From a phage: DNA of 64,000 nt. The DNA lies in assembly GCA_029942545.1 (NCBI GenBank), contig GCA_029942545.1_4114.1; one strand, written 5' to 3'. Within the stretch, counting starts at the first letter, position 1. Each line of letters opens with the position of its first letter. The notes beneath the pieces are model-generated. The model did no database searches. It saw nothing but the letters and a program-made list of their open reading frames with translations, and had not been told where the DNA came from. Shown here one piece after another: positions 45,471 through 54,813 of the stretch. The position numbers and the translations under genes are program-made.

Positions 45471-45944
45471 ATGGAGATTAAAACTGTTGAAAATGGGAAA
45501 ATTGATGACATTTTAGAGTTGGACGCATTCAAAGTTCATGATATAATGTTTAATGTGAAGGACATTATTCAATGTCTATTTTTGTGTAGCAAGACAATGC
45601 ATGATTTTTTTCACAACCCAAATACTAACGTTTTTATACTAACAATCAGTACTGAAAACTCGTTTATCATGGGTATGCCTATGAGTACAAATGAACAATA
45701 TATTGATTGTGTTATTCGTAATAACGATAGTATTACGCCACAATCTGAAGTACGTAAAAAGAAAAACACCTACACAATCAAAGATGATAAAATTATGATG
45801 TGCTGTAGTAAAGGGTTTATATTAGATAATTTTATTGTAAAAGACAGTTATCACGACTTTAAAGTATCTGAAAATCAATCCAATGTAGTTCTTTATGCGA
45901 GTGACATAGAAAGTCTAACAGTTAAAGATCCCAGTTTGGAGTAA
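45471..45944 (+). CDS. hypothetical protein (157 aa)
   Basis: ORF track; RBS AAGGA. Confidence 0.55.
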   Translation: MEIKTVENGKIDDILELDAFKVHDIMFNVKDIIQCLFLCSKTMHDFFHNPNTNVFILTISTENSFIMGMPMSTNEQYIDCVIRNNDSITPQSEVRKKKNTYTIKDDKIMMCCSKGFILDNFIVKDSYHDFKVSENQSNVVLYASDIESLTVKDPSLE

Positions 45945-45946
45945 GT

Positions 45947-46078
45947 ATGGCTAAGAAAGTAAACAATTTCGTACAGAAACACATGAATGAGTTTAACAAG
46001 CCACAGACACATGTGGATCGTAAAAAAGAAATGAAAAATGGTAAAGTAAAACACAAGTCGAGATTTATTCTCGACTAA
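45947..46078 (+). CDS. small basic protein (43 aa)
   Basis: ATG 45947 two nt after upstream stop; K/R-rich; below track cutoff. Confidence 0.3.
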   Translation: MAKKVNNFVQKHMNEFNKPQTHVDRKKEMKNGKVKHKSRFILD

Positions 46079-46107
46079 TTTTTTGTCTAAATTTATGAGG
46101 ATTGTAT

Positions 46108-46956
46108 ATGTTAGACATTTCAGATTTTCTTAATTTTAAAAAGTATTCAGTACTTGAACATATCAACGAATTTCTGAATTCTACTACACCATTTGGTATC
46201 AGTACATCAGATGCATACGATGGATATACAATCTTCCCATACAATGACTTTCAAATTTCCGTCAAAAAAGGTTTTACAAAAGAAGTTGCAATTCGTGATG
46301 TAGTAATGTATAGCGATTCTTCTATTTCTTACTGTCATGACGTGAACAAGTTTGAATCTCTTGCAACACCTAATTGTTCATACTACAAATCCCATGACAC
46401 GATGATGTATAAAGAACAACATATCAATGGTGTTTCGTTCTATAAAACTAGCAGTGATAAATCATATACATCTAGAGATGATTTTGGAAAATACACATGT
46501 ACTATGCACACGGATAATGAAAAAACAAATTACACTCATTCATTCGAGTCCAAATTCCAAGAGAGTGAAGTTTCAAATATCACTATACAAGAACAGGTTT
46601 CAGAAGGCATTGTATATCGTAGCACTGCATTCTTTCGCATGAAAGATATTGTCACAGGCAGACCAATGATGTACAATATTGATATATACATGAAAGGTGA
46701 TATATCCGAAGTAGTGATTAGTACTGGTTATCGTGAAAAATATACAGTTACAATGGAATCACCAGATGCATCATTAGTTCACCTCTTTAACAATTTATAT
46801 ACATTCCAATTCGAACTTAGTTTCGATCCAAATGAATATCAAATATTTGATATATTAAAAAGTAATATTATTAATAAGTTAGAATATTACTACAAGTTAG
46901 GTGGTAAGATGTGCATAGTTAATACTATGTTACATAACATAAAAGAAACATTATAA
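46108..46956 (+). CDS. hypothetical protein (282 aa)
   Basis: RBS GAGGA before ATG 46108; track start 46102 is TTG. Confidence 0.6.
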   Translation: MLDISDFLNFKKYSVLEHINEFLNSTTPFGISTSDAYDGYTIFPYNDFQISVKKGFTKEVAIRDVVMYSDSSISYCHDVNKFESLATPNCSYYKSHDTMMYKEQHINGVSFYKTSSDKSYTSRDDFGKYTCTMHTDNEKTNYTHSFESKFQESEVSNITIQEQVSEGIVYRSTAFFRMKDIVTGRPMMYNIDIYMKGDISEVVISTGYREKYTVTMESPDASLVHLFNNLYTFQFELSFDPNEYQIFDILKSNIINKLEYYYKLGGKMCIVNTMLHNIKETL

Positions 46957-46972
46957 ATCTGGAGGATTTGGT

Positions 46973-47266
46973 ATGGATACTAAATTCAAAATTATTTTTA
47001 AAACTAAGCCGTATATTCCACATACAGCAGAACGTTTTATACCACATGGTGCTGAGGAAATTATTCACCAAGATGGTACTAAGTTATACCTTGTTCCTTG
47101 TTCTTATGAACGTGCAGTAGAAATGTTACTAATGAATGCTAGACTATGCAAAAACAAGTACATTAGTTACCTATACAATGAACATATTTTAGATTTCAAT
47201 GATGAAAATATGTTCATTCTAGCAATTGAGGATTTTGATAACTGGTACAATATTATTAAAATCTAA
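46973..47266 (+). CDS. hypothetical protein (97 aa)
   Basis: ORF track; RBS GGAGGA. Confidence 0.6.
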   Translation: MDTKFKIIFKTKPYIPHTAERFIPHGAEEIIHQDGTKLYLVPCSYERAVEMLLMNARLCKNKYISYLYNEHILDFNDENMFILAIEDFDNWYNIIKI

Positions 47267-47296
47267 TGAAAATAATGTGAACATATTAGATTCTTG

Positions 47297-47305
47297 TGAT
47301 ATAAT
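47297..47305 (+). promoter_or_regulatory. extended -10 promoter element (TGnTATAAT)
   Basis: TG 47297-47298, TATAAT 47300-47305. Confidence 0.4.
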
Positions 47306-47337
47306 GTTCACATCTTTTTTTGATAACGGAGATATAG

Positions 47338-47724
47338 ATGAATACAAGTTCAATCCTAAAAGCAATTGGTGGTGTTTTACTCATTGAAGTAAAAGGTGAG
47401 CCAAAGCTATGCTGTTTAGAAGATATGAAGAATACAAAACACTTCAGTACTGGTCAGATTTTCAATGCCATTCGTATTCTAAATGACAAATCCATTGCTG
47501 ATTATGGTAAAGTTTGGCCTGTATATCAAAATGCTGATGGTGATATCAGTACTGATTGGAAAACAATTGAGGCGGTACGACAAAGTTGTGAGAGTGATTG
47601 GGACTTCATTGTTGAAGTTTGTGATCAACTACAAGAAGATGTTCCAGAAATTGTCGAACGAAAAGAAGTCCTAGCACGACTTGAAAAATTCCGTCACGGA
47701 ACACTACAGTATGACACAATCTAA
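47338..47724 (+). CDS. hypothetical protein (128 aa)
   Basis: ORF track; RBS GGAGA. Confidence 0.6.
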   Translation: MNTSSILKAIGGVLLIEVKGEPKLCCLEDMKNTKHFSTGQIFNAIRILNDKSIADYGKVWPVYQNADGDISTDWKTIEAVRQSCESDWDFIVEVCDQLQEDVPEIVERKEVLARLEKFRHGTLQYDTI

Positions 47725-47773
47725 TCTGCTTATTAAAAATATCTAATTAACATTATATAAAAGGAATTTAAAA

Positions 47774-48079
47774 ATGGAAGACAATGGAATGAAATTTGAT
47801 ATGTTTGAAGGTGTACCAGAGTTCGATTTCAACAAACTTGAAGAAGGTGAGGAATCAGAACTAGTCAGTGTTACACTTAAAGCAGATTCTAAGAAGAAAT
47901 ATTCATCAGCAGTACGTTCACGTTCACAAGAAGAATACGAAACATTTATTGAAAGTATTCATTATGAAACATTCCATCATGCAGATGGAACTCCATATGA
48001 AGTACGTGTAACAGTACTGAAGCCTGAAGTAAATCCAATGGAAAATCTACGTCCTGTTTACTGCTGGGCAAGTCACTAA
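47774..48079 (+). CDS. hypothetical acidic protein (101 aa)
   Basis: ORF track; RBS AAAGGAA; terminator follows. Confidence 0.6.
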   Translation: MEDNGMKFDMFEGVPEFDFNKLEEGEESELVSVTLKADSKKKYSSAVRSRSQEEYETFIESIHYETFHHADGTPYEVRVTVLKPEVNPMENLRPVYCWASH

Positions 48080-48087
48080 TAAACCAA

Positions 48088-48119
48088 AGGACGGGATTTG
48101 TTATCTCGTCCTTTTTTTT
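48088..48119 (+). terminator. intrinsic terminator
   Basis: AGGACGGGA ... TCTCGTCCT stem followed by T8. Confidence 0.8.
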
Positions 48120-48131
48120 GTCTGGAGATGT

Positions 48132-48986
48132 ATGAAACTTTATCTAATCGTTGACTACAATAAGGATTATGCTGGTAACTTCACCGAAGATTCGGATGGA
48201 TATTGCACATCGACTAATGTCAATGTACGTAGCAGTAGTGCTCATGAACATGAATCTTGTAAAAATCTAAAAGATTTTATCGCATACCGAGCATTTGAAA
48301 AGAACTTCTGCCGCAGTAGATATTCGAAGTTTGAGTACCCGTTAATTGATGTTCCTGATGATTTAATGTTCCAGTTAATGCTAACTGGAGTTCAAGATTA
48401 TGATTACATAGCATATAATCATATTACTAAGAAAATTTATATTGGTACATCATCACATGACACTTCTATGTATGCATCATGCCCAGATGATCGAATGAAT
48501 GATAGAAAATCATACTATAGTGGATCAGTTGGTTTAAATGATTCATTAAATAAAAATATATTCTTTGAGTATGTTTATGATTACCATCATGAGAAAAAAG
48601 AACGTGAAGATTACTGTATAGCAATTGATAGTACTAATGGGTATGAAGACGTGAAAGAAGCACTTATGCCGTACATTATTGAAAAGTACTACAAAGATTT
48701 TCAGTACTGTAGTAATTTTCTAATCAGAAATTCTATTATAATCGGTCGCCAATCTAGTGCATACTCTCAGTACTATAATGATTCACCAGTAGCATCGGCA
48801 AATGAAATGTGTGATATTTTACAAATTCCACGTGAAGATATGGCATTCATTTTTACATCTTTTATTGAAGATGATGAATTGTACGTTAAAAATAAACACC
48901 GTTTAATGCCAAGTAAGATTGAAATTATTAGATGCGTAAGCGTTGATATACTGACAAATTTTACTGAAAAAACAGAATATAACTGA
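48132..48986 (+). CDS. hypothetical protein (284 aa), possible distant family B relative
   Basis: ORF track; RBS GGAGA; weak DDLMFQLMLTG. Confidence 0.6.
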   Translation: MKLYLIVDYNKDYAGNFTEDSDGYCTSTNVNVRSSSAHEHESCKNLKDFIAYRAFEKNFCRSRYSKFEYPLIDVPDDLMFQLMLTGVQDYDYIAYNHITKKIYIGTSSHDTSMYASCPDDRMNDRKSYYSGSVGLNDSLNKNIFFEYVYDYHHEKKEREDYCIAIDSTNGYEDVKEALMPYIIEKYYKDFQYCSNFLIRNSIIIGRQSSAYSQYYNDSPVASANEMCDILQIPREDMAFIFTSFIEDDELYVKNKHRLMPSKIEIIRCVSVDILTNFTEKTEYN

Positions 48987-49015
48987 GACAAAGAATAAGT
49001 TAATGATATAATGTA

Positions 49016-49048
49016 AGGTGACAGCAGATGTTGTTGTCACCTTTTTTT
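49016..49048 (+). terminator. intrinsic terminator (or 5' hairpin of a downstream non-coding transcript)
   Basis: AGGTGACA ... TGTCACCT stem followed by T7; an extended -10 (TGATATAAT 49004-49012) sits just upstream. Confidence 0.7.
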
Positions 49049-49588
49049 AATCCTGAAAGGTTCCCATAAGGAAATGATTAAAAGCCTAATCCACTCGAAA
49101 ATGTAGAGGGTAGATGAGTAGTCCTTTCAGTACGAACAGCAGATGAAACCCGTTAGATGATGGCATAGTTTGAACCACTCACGGCAATGCGGCTGTATAA
49201 AGAACTCCAATAGGATAAAGAGAGTTCCTCGATAGACATATAAGGATCGCACCTTACCAATTATCTAAGGGAGATTTCATAAGAAATATGCGGTCGGAAT
49301 TATACAATATAGTTGCGTCCAAATTTTGTGAAATCAAATACAAGTACTGGTCATATGGTATTTGTATTATGTGTCGGGATGTTTAAGACCGACGACCGTT
49401 GCTACAAGAACCGCGATAGAGAGAAACAGAGCAACCCGCTTTCGTCTCGTAAGAGAATTCGTGATATGAACTATGTGAAGGCCACCAGCGTCAAACTTTT
49501 TTGTTCTTTCCCCTGCGGGGGGATGAAATATGCTCAAGCAAACCCCGTCAATATTAATTAAAAGAAAATAGTACTTGTAGAATTAGAC
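49049..49588 (+). other. GC-elevated non-coding island, candidate structured RNA or foreign insert
   Basis: ~540 bp with no convincing ORF, visibly richer in G+C than flanks; several short stems (e.g. GTCGG ... CCGAC); no tRNA T-loop seen. Confidence 0.35.
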
Positions 49589-50209
49589 ATGCGTAGCATG
49601 GTAATTCTACTGATGTTGATGAAATCAACGTCACGTATATTCATTGATGTTTCCATAGGAATAATGATGGCATTTATTAGAAAACAAAAAACTTTTACCT
49701 ATAAGACTTTGGATTTTGTTGATTGTGAAAACCAATTACAAGATGAAGATAACTTTACAGGATTTGTTGTTATTAAAGAAAAAGGATGCATTTCGTACAT
49801 AAAGGAATTACAGAACGGCATTGAAGTTACTTCAGTCAAATTACTTCCTACACAAAAACCAACAATATTAAAAGCACAGTATGGTAATTATTTCGAGGAA
49901 AGATATAGTAATAATTTAATAAGTGTTAAGGCTTATATTATAAAAGGAGAACTAGAAGGAGAATATAGAAAATACAACCCACAAGGAAAATGTGTTTGGG
50001 TTAAATACTTCAATTCAGGAAATGATGTAACATCTGAAATAATTGAGTTTTTAGGTTTAACATGTACCCCTGAAACTCTTCATGATTACAAATTTAATAC
50101 TGAAGAAGAGTTTAATCTGATGATGCGTTATGGTTCACATTTTAAATTTTTGTATGAATATAACATTGACAGTAGTACTTTTGATAAGATAGTACAGAAC
50201 TGTCTATAA
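49589..50209 (+). CDS. hypothetical protein (206 aa)
   Basis: ORF track; alternative start ATG 49664/49667 after AGGA; C-terminal region weakly repeat-like (GEYRKYNPQGKCVWVKYFNSGN). Confidence 0.5.
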   Translation: MRSMVILLMLMKSTSRIFIDVSIGIMMAFIRKQKTFTYKTLDFVDCENQLQDEDNFTGFVVIKEKGCISYIKELQNGIEVTSVKLLPTQKPTILKAQYGNYFEERYSNNLISVKAYIIKGELEGEYRKYNPQGKCVWVKYFNSGNDVTSEIIEFLGLTCTPETLHDYKFNTEEEFNLMMRYGSHFKFLYEYNIDSSTFDKIVQNCL

Positions 50210-50225
50210 CAAAAGGATTTATAAC

Positions 50226-50747
50226 ATGTCGAAGAAGGATACTTCGAACAAACATTCAGTACACTTCAGTACTGGTAAAGATAACTGGACAACTCCAAAA
50301 GATTTCTTTGAAGAGTTAGATGAGTTATGGGGATTTACGCTTGATGCTGCTTGTGTTGATGAGACTGCATTATGTGAGAATTATTTTACACCAAATGATG
50401 ATTCTCTTTCACAGGATTGGGGAAAGAATATAGTTTGGTTGAACCCTCCATATAGTGATTTGAAAACATGGTTATCTAAAGCAGTAGATGCGTATAATAA
50501 AGGGGCAACTGTATTAATTCTTGTACCATCAAGAACGGATACTATAGCTTTTCAGGATTATGCTGCGAAAGTTTGTGATTGTATTTGTTTTATTAAGGGA
50601 AGGTTACGATTTGGTATCCCAGAAGAACCAGAGAAGAAAACAGATTCAGCACCATTTCCTTCGTGTCTGATAGTACTAGATAAGTACTTAACCACTGCTA
50701 AAATCAATTATCTTAAATCTCTTGGATTGGTGATGAAGAATTTATGA
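50226..50747 (+). CDS. phage-type DNA N6-adenine methyltransferase
   Basis: WTTP ... FTLDAAC ... NYFT ... WLNPPYS, with NPPY catalytic motif; typical small phage MTase size. Confidence 0.75.
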   Translation: MSKKDTSNKHSVHFSTGKDNWTTPKDFFEELDELWGFTLDAACVDETALCENYFTPNDDSLSQDWGKNIVWLNPPYSDLKTWLSKAVDAYNKGATVLILVPSRTDTIAFQDYAAKVCDCICFIKGRLRFGIPEEPEKKTDSAPFPSCLIVLDKYLTTAKINYLKSLGLVMKNL

Positions 50748-51277
50748 AAGAAACATGTATATTATCATTTATGAGATGTAACCCAGTCCACAATGGTCAT
50801 GGTTTAGTTTTTGAAAAGGCCAAAACATTACAAGAACAGTACAATGCAGATTTGAAAATATATCTAAGCACCAGTACTGATAATATAAAAAACCCGCTTC
50901 CTCCTGAATTAAAGATGTATTACACTGAGGGTTTCTATCCTTCGGTTCAAGAAAACATTTATACTGAAGATAATCTTTTTGATATAATGCGTGAATTAGA
51001 TGGAAAATATTTAGATGTATTTTTTATATGTGGTTCAGACCGTATTGATTCTTTTCAGAAAACACTTGACAGTTACAATGGGAAGTTGTATAATTTTTGT
51101 AATATAAAAGCAATTCAAGCAGGTATTGACCGCCAATCAAGTCAATATAGCTCAACACAAATGCGTAACTTCGCAAAAAATGAAGATTTTGATAGTTTTC
51201 GTGAGTTTTTACCTGGAAATGACGAGGACTTAAAAATACAATTATTTGAAGACGTTATAAAATACATGAGGAAATAA
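50744..51277 (+). CDS. cytidylyltransferase-like nucleotidyltransferase (possible NMN adenylyltransferase)
   Basis: N-terminal FMRCNPVHNGH (HxGH class) and C-terminal SSTQMR (ISSTxIR-like); ATGA overlap with the methyltransferase. Confidence 0.6.
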   Translation: MKETCILSFMRCNPVHNGHGLVFEKAKTLQEQYNADLKIYLSTSTDNIKNPLPPELKMYYTEGFYPSVQENIYTEDNLFDIMRELDGKYLDVFFICGSDRIDSFQKTLDSYNGKLYNFCNIKAIQAGIDRQSSQYSSTQMRNFAKNEDFDSFREFLPGNDEDLKIQLFEDVIKYMRK

Positions 51278-51279
51278 TT

Positions 51280-51573
51280 ATGTCAGTACTGTTCAAAACC
51301 AATCCAGTACTTTGGGATCAAAATGAGCAATCAGGATTTCGTTCCATCCATGTTGAATACAAAGGTAATACTGTAGTTGCAATTATTGCTAACAAAACTC
51401 TAGGAAACTGGACTGCACAGGTTGTTCCTATGGGATATTCTTACACATCTGATGAGGTTCAATTCCTGGCTGAACTATATCGTCAAGTGCCGTTTATCAT
51501 TAATGTACTAGAAGGTAATGATACATTATCACATGCAGATGTGATTAATTTTCTTGGAAACTTGCATGTGTGA
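51280..51573 (+). CDS. hypothetical protein (97 aa)
   Basis: ORF track; RBS GAGGAAA. Confidence 0.55.
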   Translation: MSVLFKTNPVLWDQNEQSGFRSIHVEYKGNTVVAIIANKTLGNWTAQVVPMGYSYTSDEVQFLAELYRQVPFIINVLEGNDTLSHADVINFLGNLHV

Positions 51574-51853
51574 TGAAATAAATCTTACAGGATATTTTTT
51601 ACAAGAATCAATGATTAAATTTAGTGATAAATTTTCAGTACTGGATGGTATCGAAATGTGGCATGTAAAACCACTGTTCCACACTTTCAGTAAAGAGCAC
51701 AAAATGTTATTGACTGAAGCGAGTAAATCAAATAACATATGTGAAATCAAAATTGGTGTAAATGTCTATAAAGGGATGGTTATCTTTTTTGACAATAACA
51801 GCAACTACTTTTATATTGTTAAGGAGCATTACGTTGACAAATACAAATACTAA
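51566..51853 (+). CDS. hypothetical protein (95 aa)
   Basis: first in-frame ATG 51566; track start 51554 is TTG. Confidence 0.5.
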   Translation: MCDEINLTGYFLQESMIKFSDKFSVLDGIEMWHVKPLFHTFSKEHKMLLTEASKSNNICEIKIGVNVYKGMVIFFDNNSNYFYIVKEHYVDKYKY

Positions 51854-52448
51854 TACATACTTCCGTTATCTTCGCTTAGGTCTTTCCCTACGTCCGATCC
51901 GTGGAAAGTGCGATTCACTCGCTGACCTTGACTATGCATATGCATTACATCATGAAGGTGTACAGTATGTATTGGGTGATTATGGTGAATTTGAAGAAAC
52001 AAATGACAGTACTGGAATTAATGCTGGTGTAGAAAATCTTAACAACATTGCTAACAGTTCTCGCCATGACATTGTGTTACAGATTCAAAACTTTATTGAG
52101 CAACACACAGGCAAACGTGTTTGGTGCTATGTCGGTACTGATGCACAAATGTCAATTTCATTCGGTAACGATGAAGGATATGTTGCACAGCTTATTATGG
52201 ATTTTGAATCTGAAGAGAAGTTTTTAGAATTCAAAGAAAAGATTATTCAGTCACTTGTTGATATGGGTATCCCCGAAGATAAAATGCCAGAAGTCCAAAA
52301 CATTGATGAATTTGTTTTGATTCCATCTGATGAGAAATATGATGCAATGTTTACTGCTCTTAATATTCCAGGAGTTATTGTGGAGTACTTTGATGATGGT
52401 GATGATAGTATCTATATCGATCTAGATGACGATGACGACGATGAATAA
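51834..52448 (+). CDS. hypothetical acidic-tailed protein (204 aa), TTG start
   Basis: AAGGAG 51821-51826 is 7 nt before TTG 51834; C-terminal DDGDDSIYIDLDDDDDDE; track start 51762 overlaps upstream gene. Confidence 0.5.
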   Translation: MTNTNTNTYFRYLRLGLSLRPIRGKCDSLADLDYAYALHHEGVQYVLGDYGEFEETNDSTGINAGVENLNNIANSSRHDIVLQIQNFIEQHTGKRVWCYVGTDAQMSISFGNDEGYVAQLIMDFESEEKFLEFKEKIIQSLVDMGIPEDKMPEVQNIDEFVLIPSDEKYDAMFTALNIPGVIVEYFDDGDDSIYIDLDDDDDDE

Positions 52449-52453
52449 TGTAC

Positions 52454-52482
52454 ATAGCCCGACATAAGTTCGGGCTATTTTT
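52454..52482 (+). terminator. intrinsic terminator
   Basis: ATAGCCCGA-CATAAGT-TCGGGCTAT followed by T5. Confidence 0.8.
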
Positions 52483-52494
52483 GTAAGGGGATAT

Positions 52495-52770
52495 ATGAAT
52501 TATAAAGTTCTACAATATACATACAGTGTTTTGTTTGATTTACATCACAATGGAAGATATCTCAATACAATACGAGAAAACACATTCACTCATACTATCT
52601 GGATTAATCACTTAATAATGATACGTGAATATTTTGTTAATAGTGAGATAATCATTCGTGGTAAAAAACAGAAGATAGAACAAGTTAATAGTTTTGGTGG
52701 TAAATTAGTACTATCATTTATAGATAGTAATACTAATGAAAGATATAGTATAGATTTGGTGGACATATGA
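52495..52770 (+). CDS. family C small paralog
   Basis: N-terminal MNYKVLQYTYSVLFDL; tandem with similar ORFs. Confidence 0.55.
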   Translation: MNYKVLQYTYSVLFDLHHNGRYLNTIRENTFTHTIWINHLIMIREYFVNSEIIIRGKKQKIEQVNSFGGKLVLSFIDSNTNERYSIDLVDI

Positions 52771-53033
52771 ATTATAAAGATTTCCTACTAACATACAAGA
52801 TTATTCGAGATTTAGCACACGACAATGATAGCCCTAGTCTAGAAGACACATGCACTGAAATGATTCATACGATTCGTGGTAAGATTAAAAAAAAATTCAG
52901 TACTGTTATTATTGGTGATGACCATGCAGAATTTTCTGATATAATCATTAGACGTGATGGTAAAGTTGAGGTTCAGTACTACACTGATTTTGGATTTACC
53001 AGTATTCCGTTGGAGATATTCCCTTGGGATTAA
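52767..53033 (+). CDS. family C small paralog
   Basis: MNYKDFLLTYKIIRDL; ATGA overlap. Confidence 0.55.
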   Translation: MNYKDFLLTYKIIRDLAHDNDSPSLEDTCTEMIHTIRGKIKKKFSTVIIGDDHAEFSDIIIRRDGKVEVQYYTDFGFTSIPLEIFPWD

Positions 53034-53335
53034 ATTTAAATGATATACAATTCACTTATAAGATCCTATATGATTTGTATGATGTATACCTTGTTAGTAA
53101 CAACATAGGTTCACATAACCGATCCAAAGAACAACCATTTATTGATTTATATATTGAGTACTTAGATTCAGTAGGTGAATATATAAAAAAGAATTACAGT
53201 ACTTTTATCGATGGAAATGATAAATTCGATTTCTATGGTGTGCAATCATATAATGGTATAATCCATGTTCAATTTCAGGAAATAACCGATAGGGGATTTA
53301 TCGAGATTAAAGTTGTGAAGTTGGTGAATTTATAA
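53024..53335 (+). CDS. family C small paralog (TTG start?)
   Basis: NLNDIQFTYKILYDLYD; no in-frame ATG near the 5' end. Confidence 0.45.
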   Translation: MGLNLNDIQFTYKILYDLYDVYLVSNNIGSHNRSKEQPFIDLYIEYLDSVGEYIKKNYSTFIDGNDKFDFYGVQSYNGIIHVQFQEITDRGFIEIKVVKLVNL

Positions 53336-53345
53336 GAGGTTACAT

Positions 53346-53657
53346 ATGTTATTAAATGATATACAATTCACATACAAATTTTTGTATATCCAATACGCTA
53401 CGGTTGATGCTGGCGAATATCTCTACAGTGAAATCTATCGTTCGGTATGGATAAAGTTTTTGGATGAATTACATGAATATTACCATGATTTGTGTATAGT
53501 TCGTGATAATAAAATATACAAATTCCGCGATATTGTTAGTCATAGCGGTAAGCTACGATTGGAATTAAGTACTGATAGTGATGTTGATTGGATTGGTGTA
53601 AATTTACTGGAGTTGGAGAATGAAAAACAACTTAAAGGAAATACAAGTATTTTATAA
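53346..53657 (+). CDS. family C small paralog
   Basis: MLLNDIQFTYKFLYIQY. Confidence 0.55.
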   Translation: MLLNDIQFTYKFLYIQYATVDAGEYLYSEIYRSVWIKFLDELHEYYHDLCIVRDNKIYKFRDIVSHSGKLRLELSTDSDVDWIGVNLLELENEKQLKGNTSIL

Positions 53658-53904
53658 ATTCTTATACTTATCATATGTAAAAGATGAGTACTATGAAAGT
53701 GTGTATTATTTTTTATGGCAACATTACCGTACTATAGTAAGAGATTTATATATAGGAAAATCTATCATATCCAATGGTGAAAAATGTACCTGTACGGATG
53801 TAGTTAGTTTTAATGGTTCTTTAACACTGTGTTTCAGATGCGATAATAATAGTGGGTCATTTTCATTAAACGTATATCAGTTAGAAGGAATAAATTTTGA
53901 ATAA
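53620..53904 (+). CDS. family C small paralog
   Basis: LKEIQVFYKFLYLSY. Confidence 0.5.
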   Translation: MKNNLKEIQVFYKFLYLSYVKDEYYESVYYFLWQHYRTIVRDLYIGKSIISNGEKCTCTDVVSFNGSLTLCFRCDNNSGSFSLNVYQLEGINFE

Positions 53905-54097
53905 ATGTCCATATTGTAACAGTACTCAATTAGCTCGTTTCCGTTTAGATTCAGACTGGGCGACTGGTGCTGGTGATTTCTTCCCTATTAATGATGATGC
54001 GGAATACACCGAAGAACAGCACAAAGATTTTGATAAATCATGGCGACCTGACATTGAGTGCATTTATTGCCTTAATTGTGAGCGTGTTCATGACTAA
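53897..54097 (+). CDS. zinc-ribbon protein (66 aa), TTG start
   Basis: CPYCNS ... CIYCLNC; AGGAA 7 nt before TTG 53897. Confidence 0.45.
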   Translation: MNKCPYCNSTQLARFRLDSDWATGAGDFFPINDDAEYTEEQHKDFDKSWRPDIECIYCLNCERVHD

Positions 54098-54353
54098 AGC
54101 TGAACTAATAGTTCATACATATAAAATGATATCAAGTACTGAGTTATCATATAGTGCAGATAATCCAGTACTGGATTATTTTGTTGAATTATTGAAAGAG
54201 CATTATATTGGTAAATCACTGAATATTAATAATATTAATTTCACTATAACGGATGTGGGACCAGGAAAAAACGTACTAATTGTATGTATTACTTCAACTG
54301 GTAACCCATTATACCCAATATCAGTAATTTTTGAGGTATTAGGTGATTTATGA
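54090..54353 (+). CDS. hypothetical protein (87 aa)
   Basis: ATG 54090 overlapping upstream stop; track start 53967 overlaps the previous gene. Confidence 0.45.
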   Translation: MTKAELIVHTYKMISSTELSYSADNPVLDYFVELLKEHYIGKSLNINNINFTITDVGPGKNVLIVCITSTGNPLYPISVIFEVLGDL

Positions 54354-54640
54354 ATATCATATTAATACAAAAAACATATACTCTACTGATGAAAGAATAT
54401 ACTAATACTTATGATGAAAAGTGCAGTGCAAATCATAATATGTATGAATTCATTACTCAAGAGTACAGGGATTATATATATGCTGTGTCAGTGGGTAGAT
54501 ATTTCAGTACTAGAAAATACCCAAAACTTCAAATAGTTGATGTTTCTTTTTATTTCAATGGTCATATTACTATTCATAGTTTAGACCAAGATTCAACAAC
54601 GTACTTAAACTTTTCATTTGATGAGGTAATATTTTTATGA
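54350..54640 (+). CDS. family C-like small paralog
   Basis: MNIILIQKTYTLLMKEY; ATGA overlap. Confidence 0.5.
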   Translation: MNIILIQKTYTLLMKEYTNTYDEKCSANHNMYEFITQEYRDYIYAVSVGRYFSTRKYPKLQIVDVSFYFNGHITIHSLDQDSTTYLNFSFDEVIFL

Positions 54641-54813
54641 GAACAGTATTTTTTATCTGGAGTCTTTTATCATTGGCAGTACTGACAGTATGTGGGATTT
54701 GTTTCCTTTCATCAATTAATACTTGGTATATCAATTTACTATTTCCATTTGTCGGTGTTGGTTTAGGGTTTACTTTGCATAGTGTATGTAAGGATTACAA
54801 TGAGAACAAATGA
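54637..54813 (+). CDS. small membrane protein (58 aa, two predicted TM helices)
   Basis: ATGA overlap; FFIWSLLSLAVLTVCGICFL and LLFPFVGVGLGFTL; below track cutoff. Confidence 0.4.
   Translation: MRTVFFIWSLLSLAVLTVCGICFLSSINTWYINLLFPFVGVGLGFTLHSVCKDYNENK

Noticed and set aside
49313-49561. Track ORF (82 aa) inside the GC-rich island
   Set aside because: Begins at a non-ATG codon, has no ribosome-binding site at any internal ATG, and its codon usage differs from every other gene here; treated as non-coding pending expression evidence.
49049-49588. tRNA or group I intron in the GC-rich island
   Set aside because: No GTTCRANYC T-loop with a matching acceptor stem was found by eye, and none of the group I core elements recalled from T4 introns were recognised; flanking ORFs are not halves of one gene. 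A covariance-model scan is still needed.
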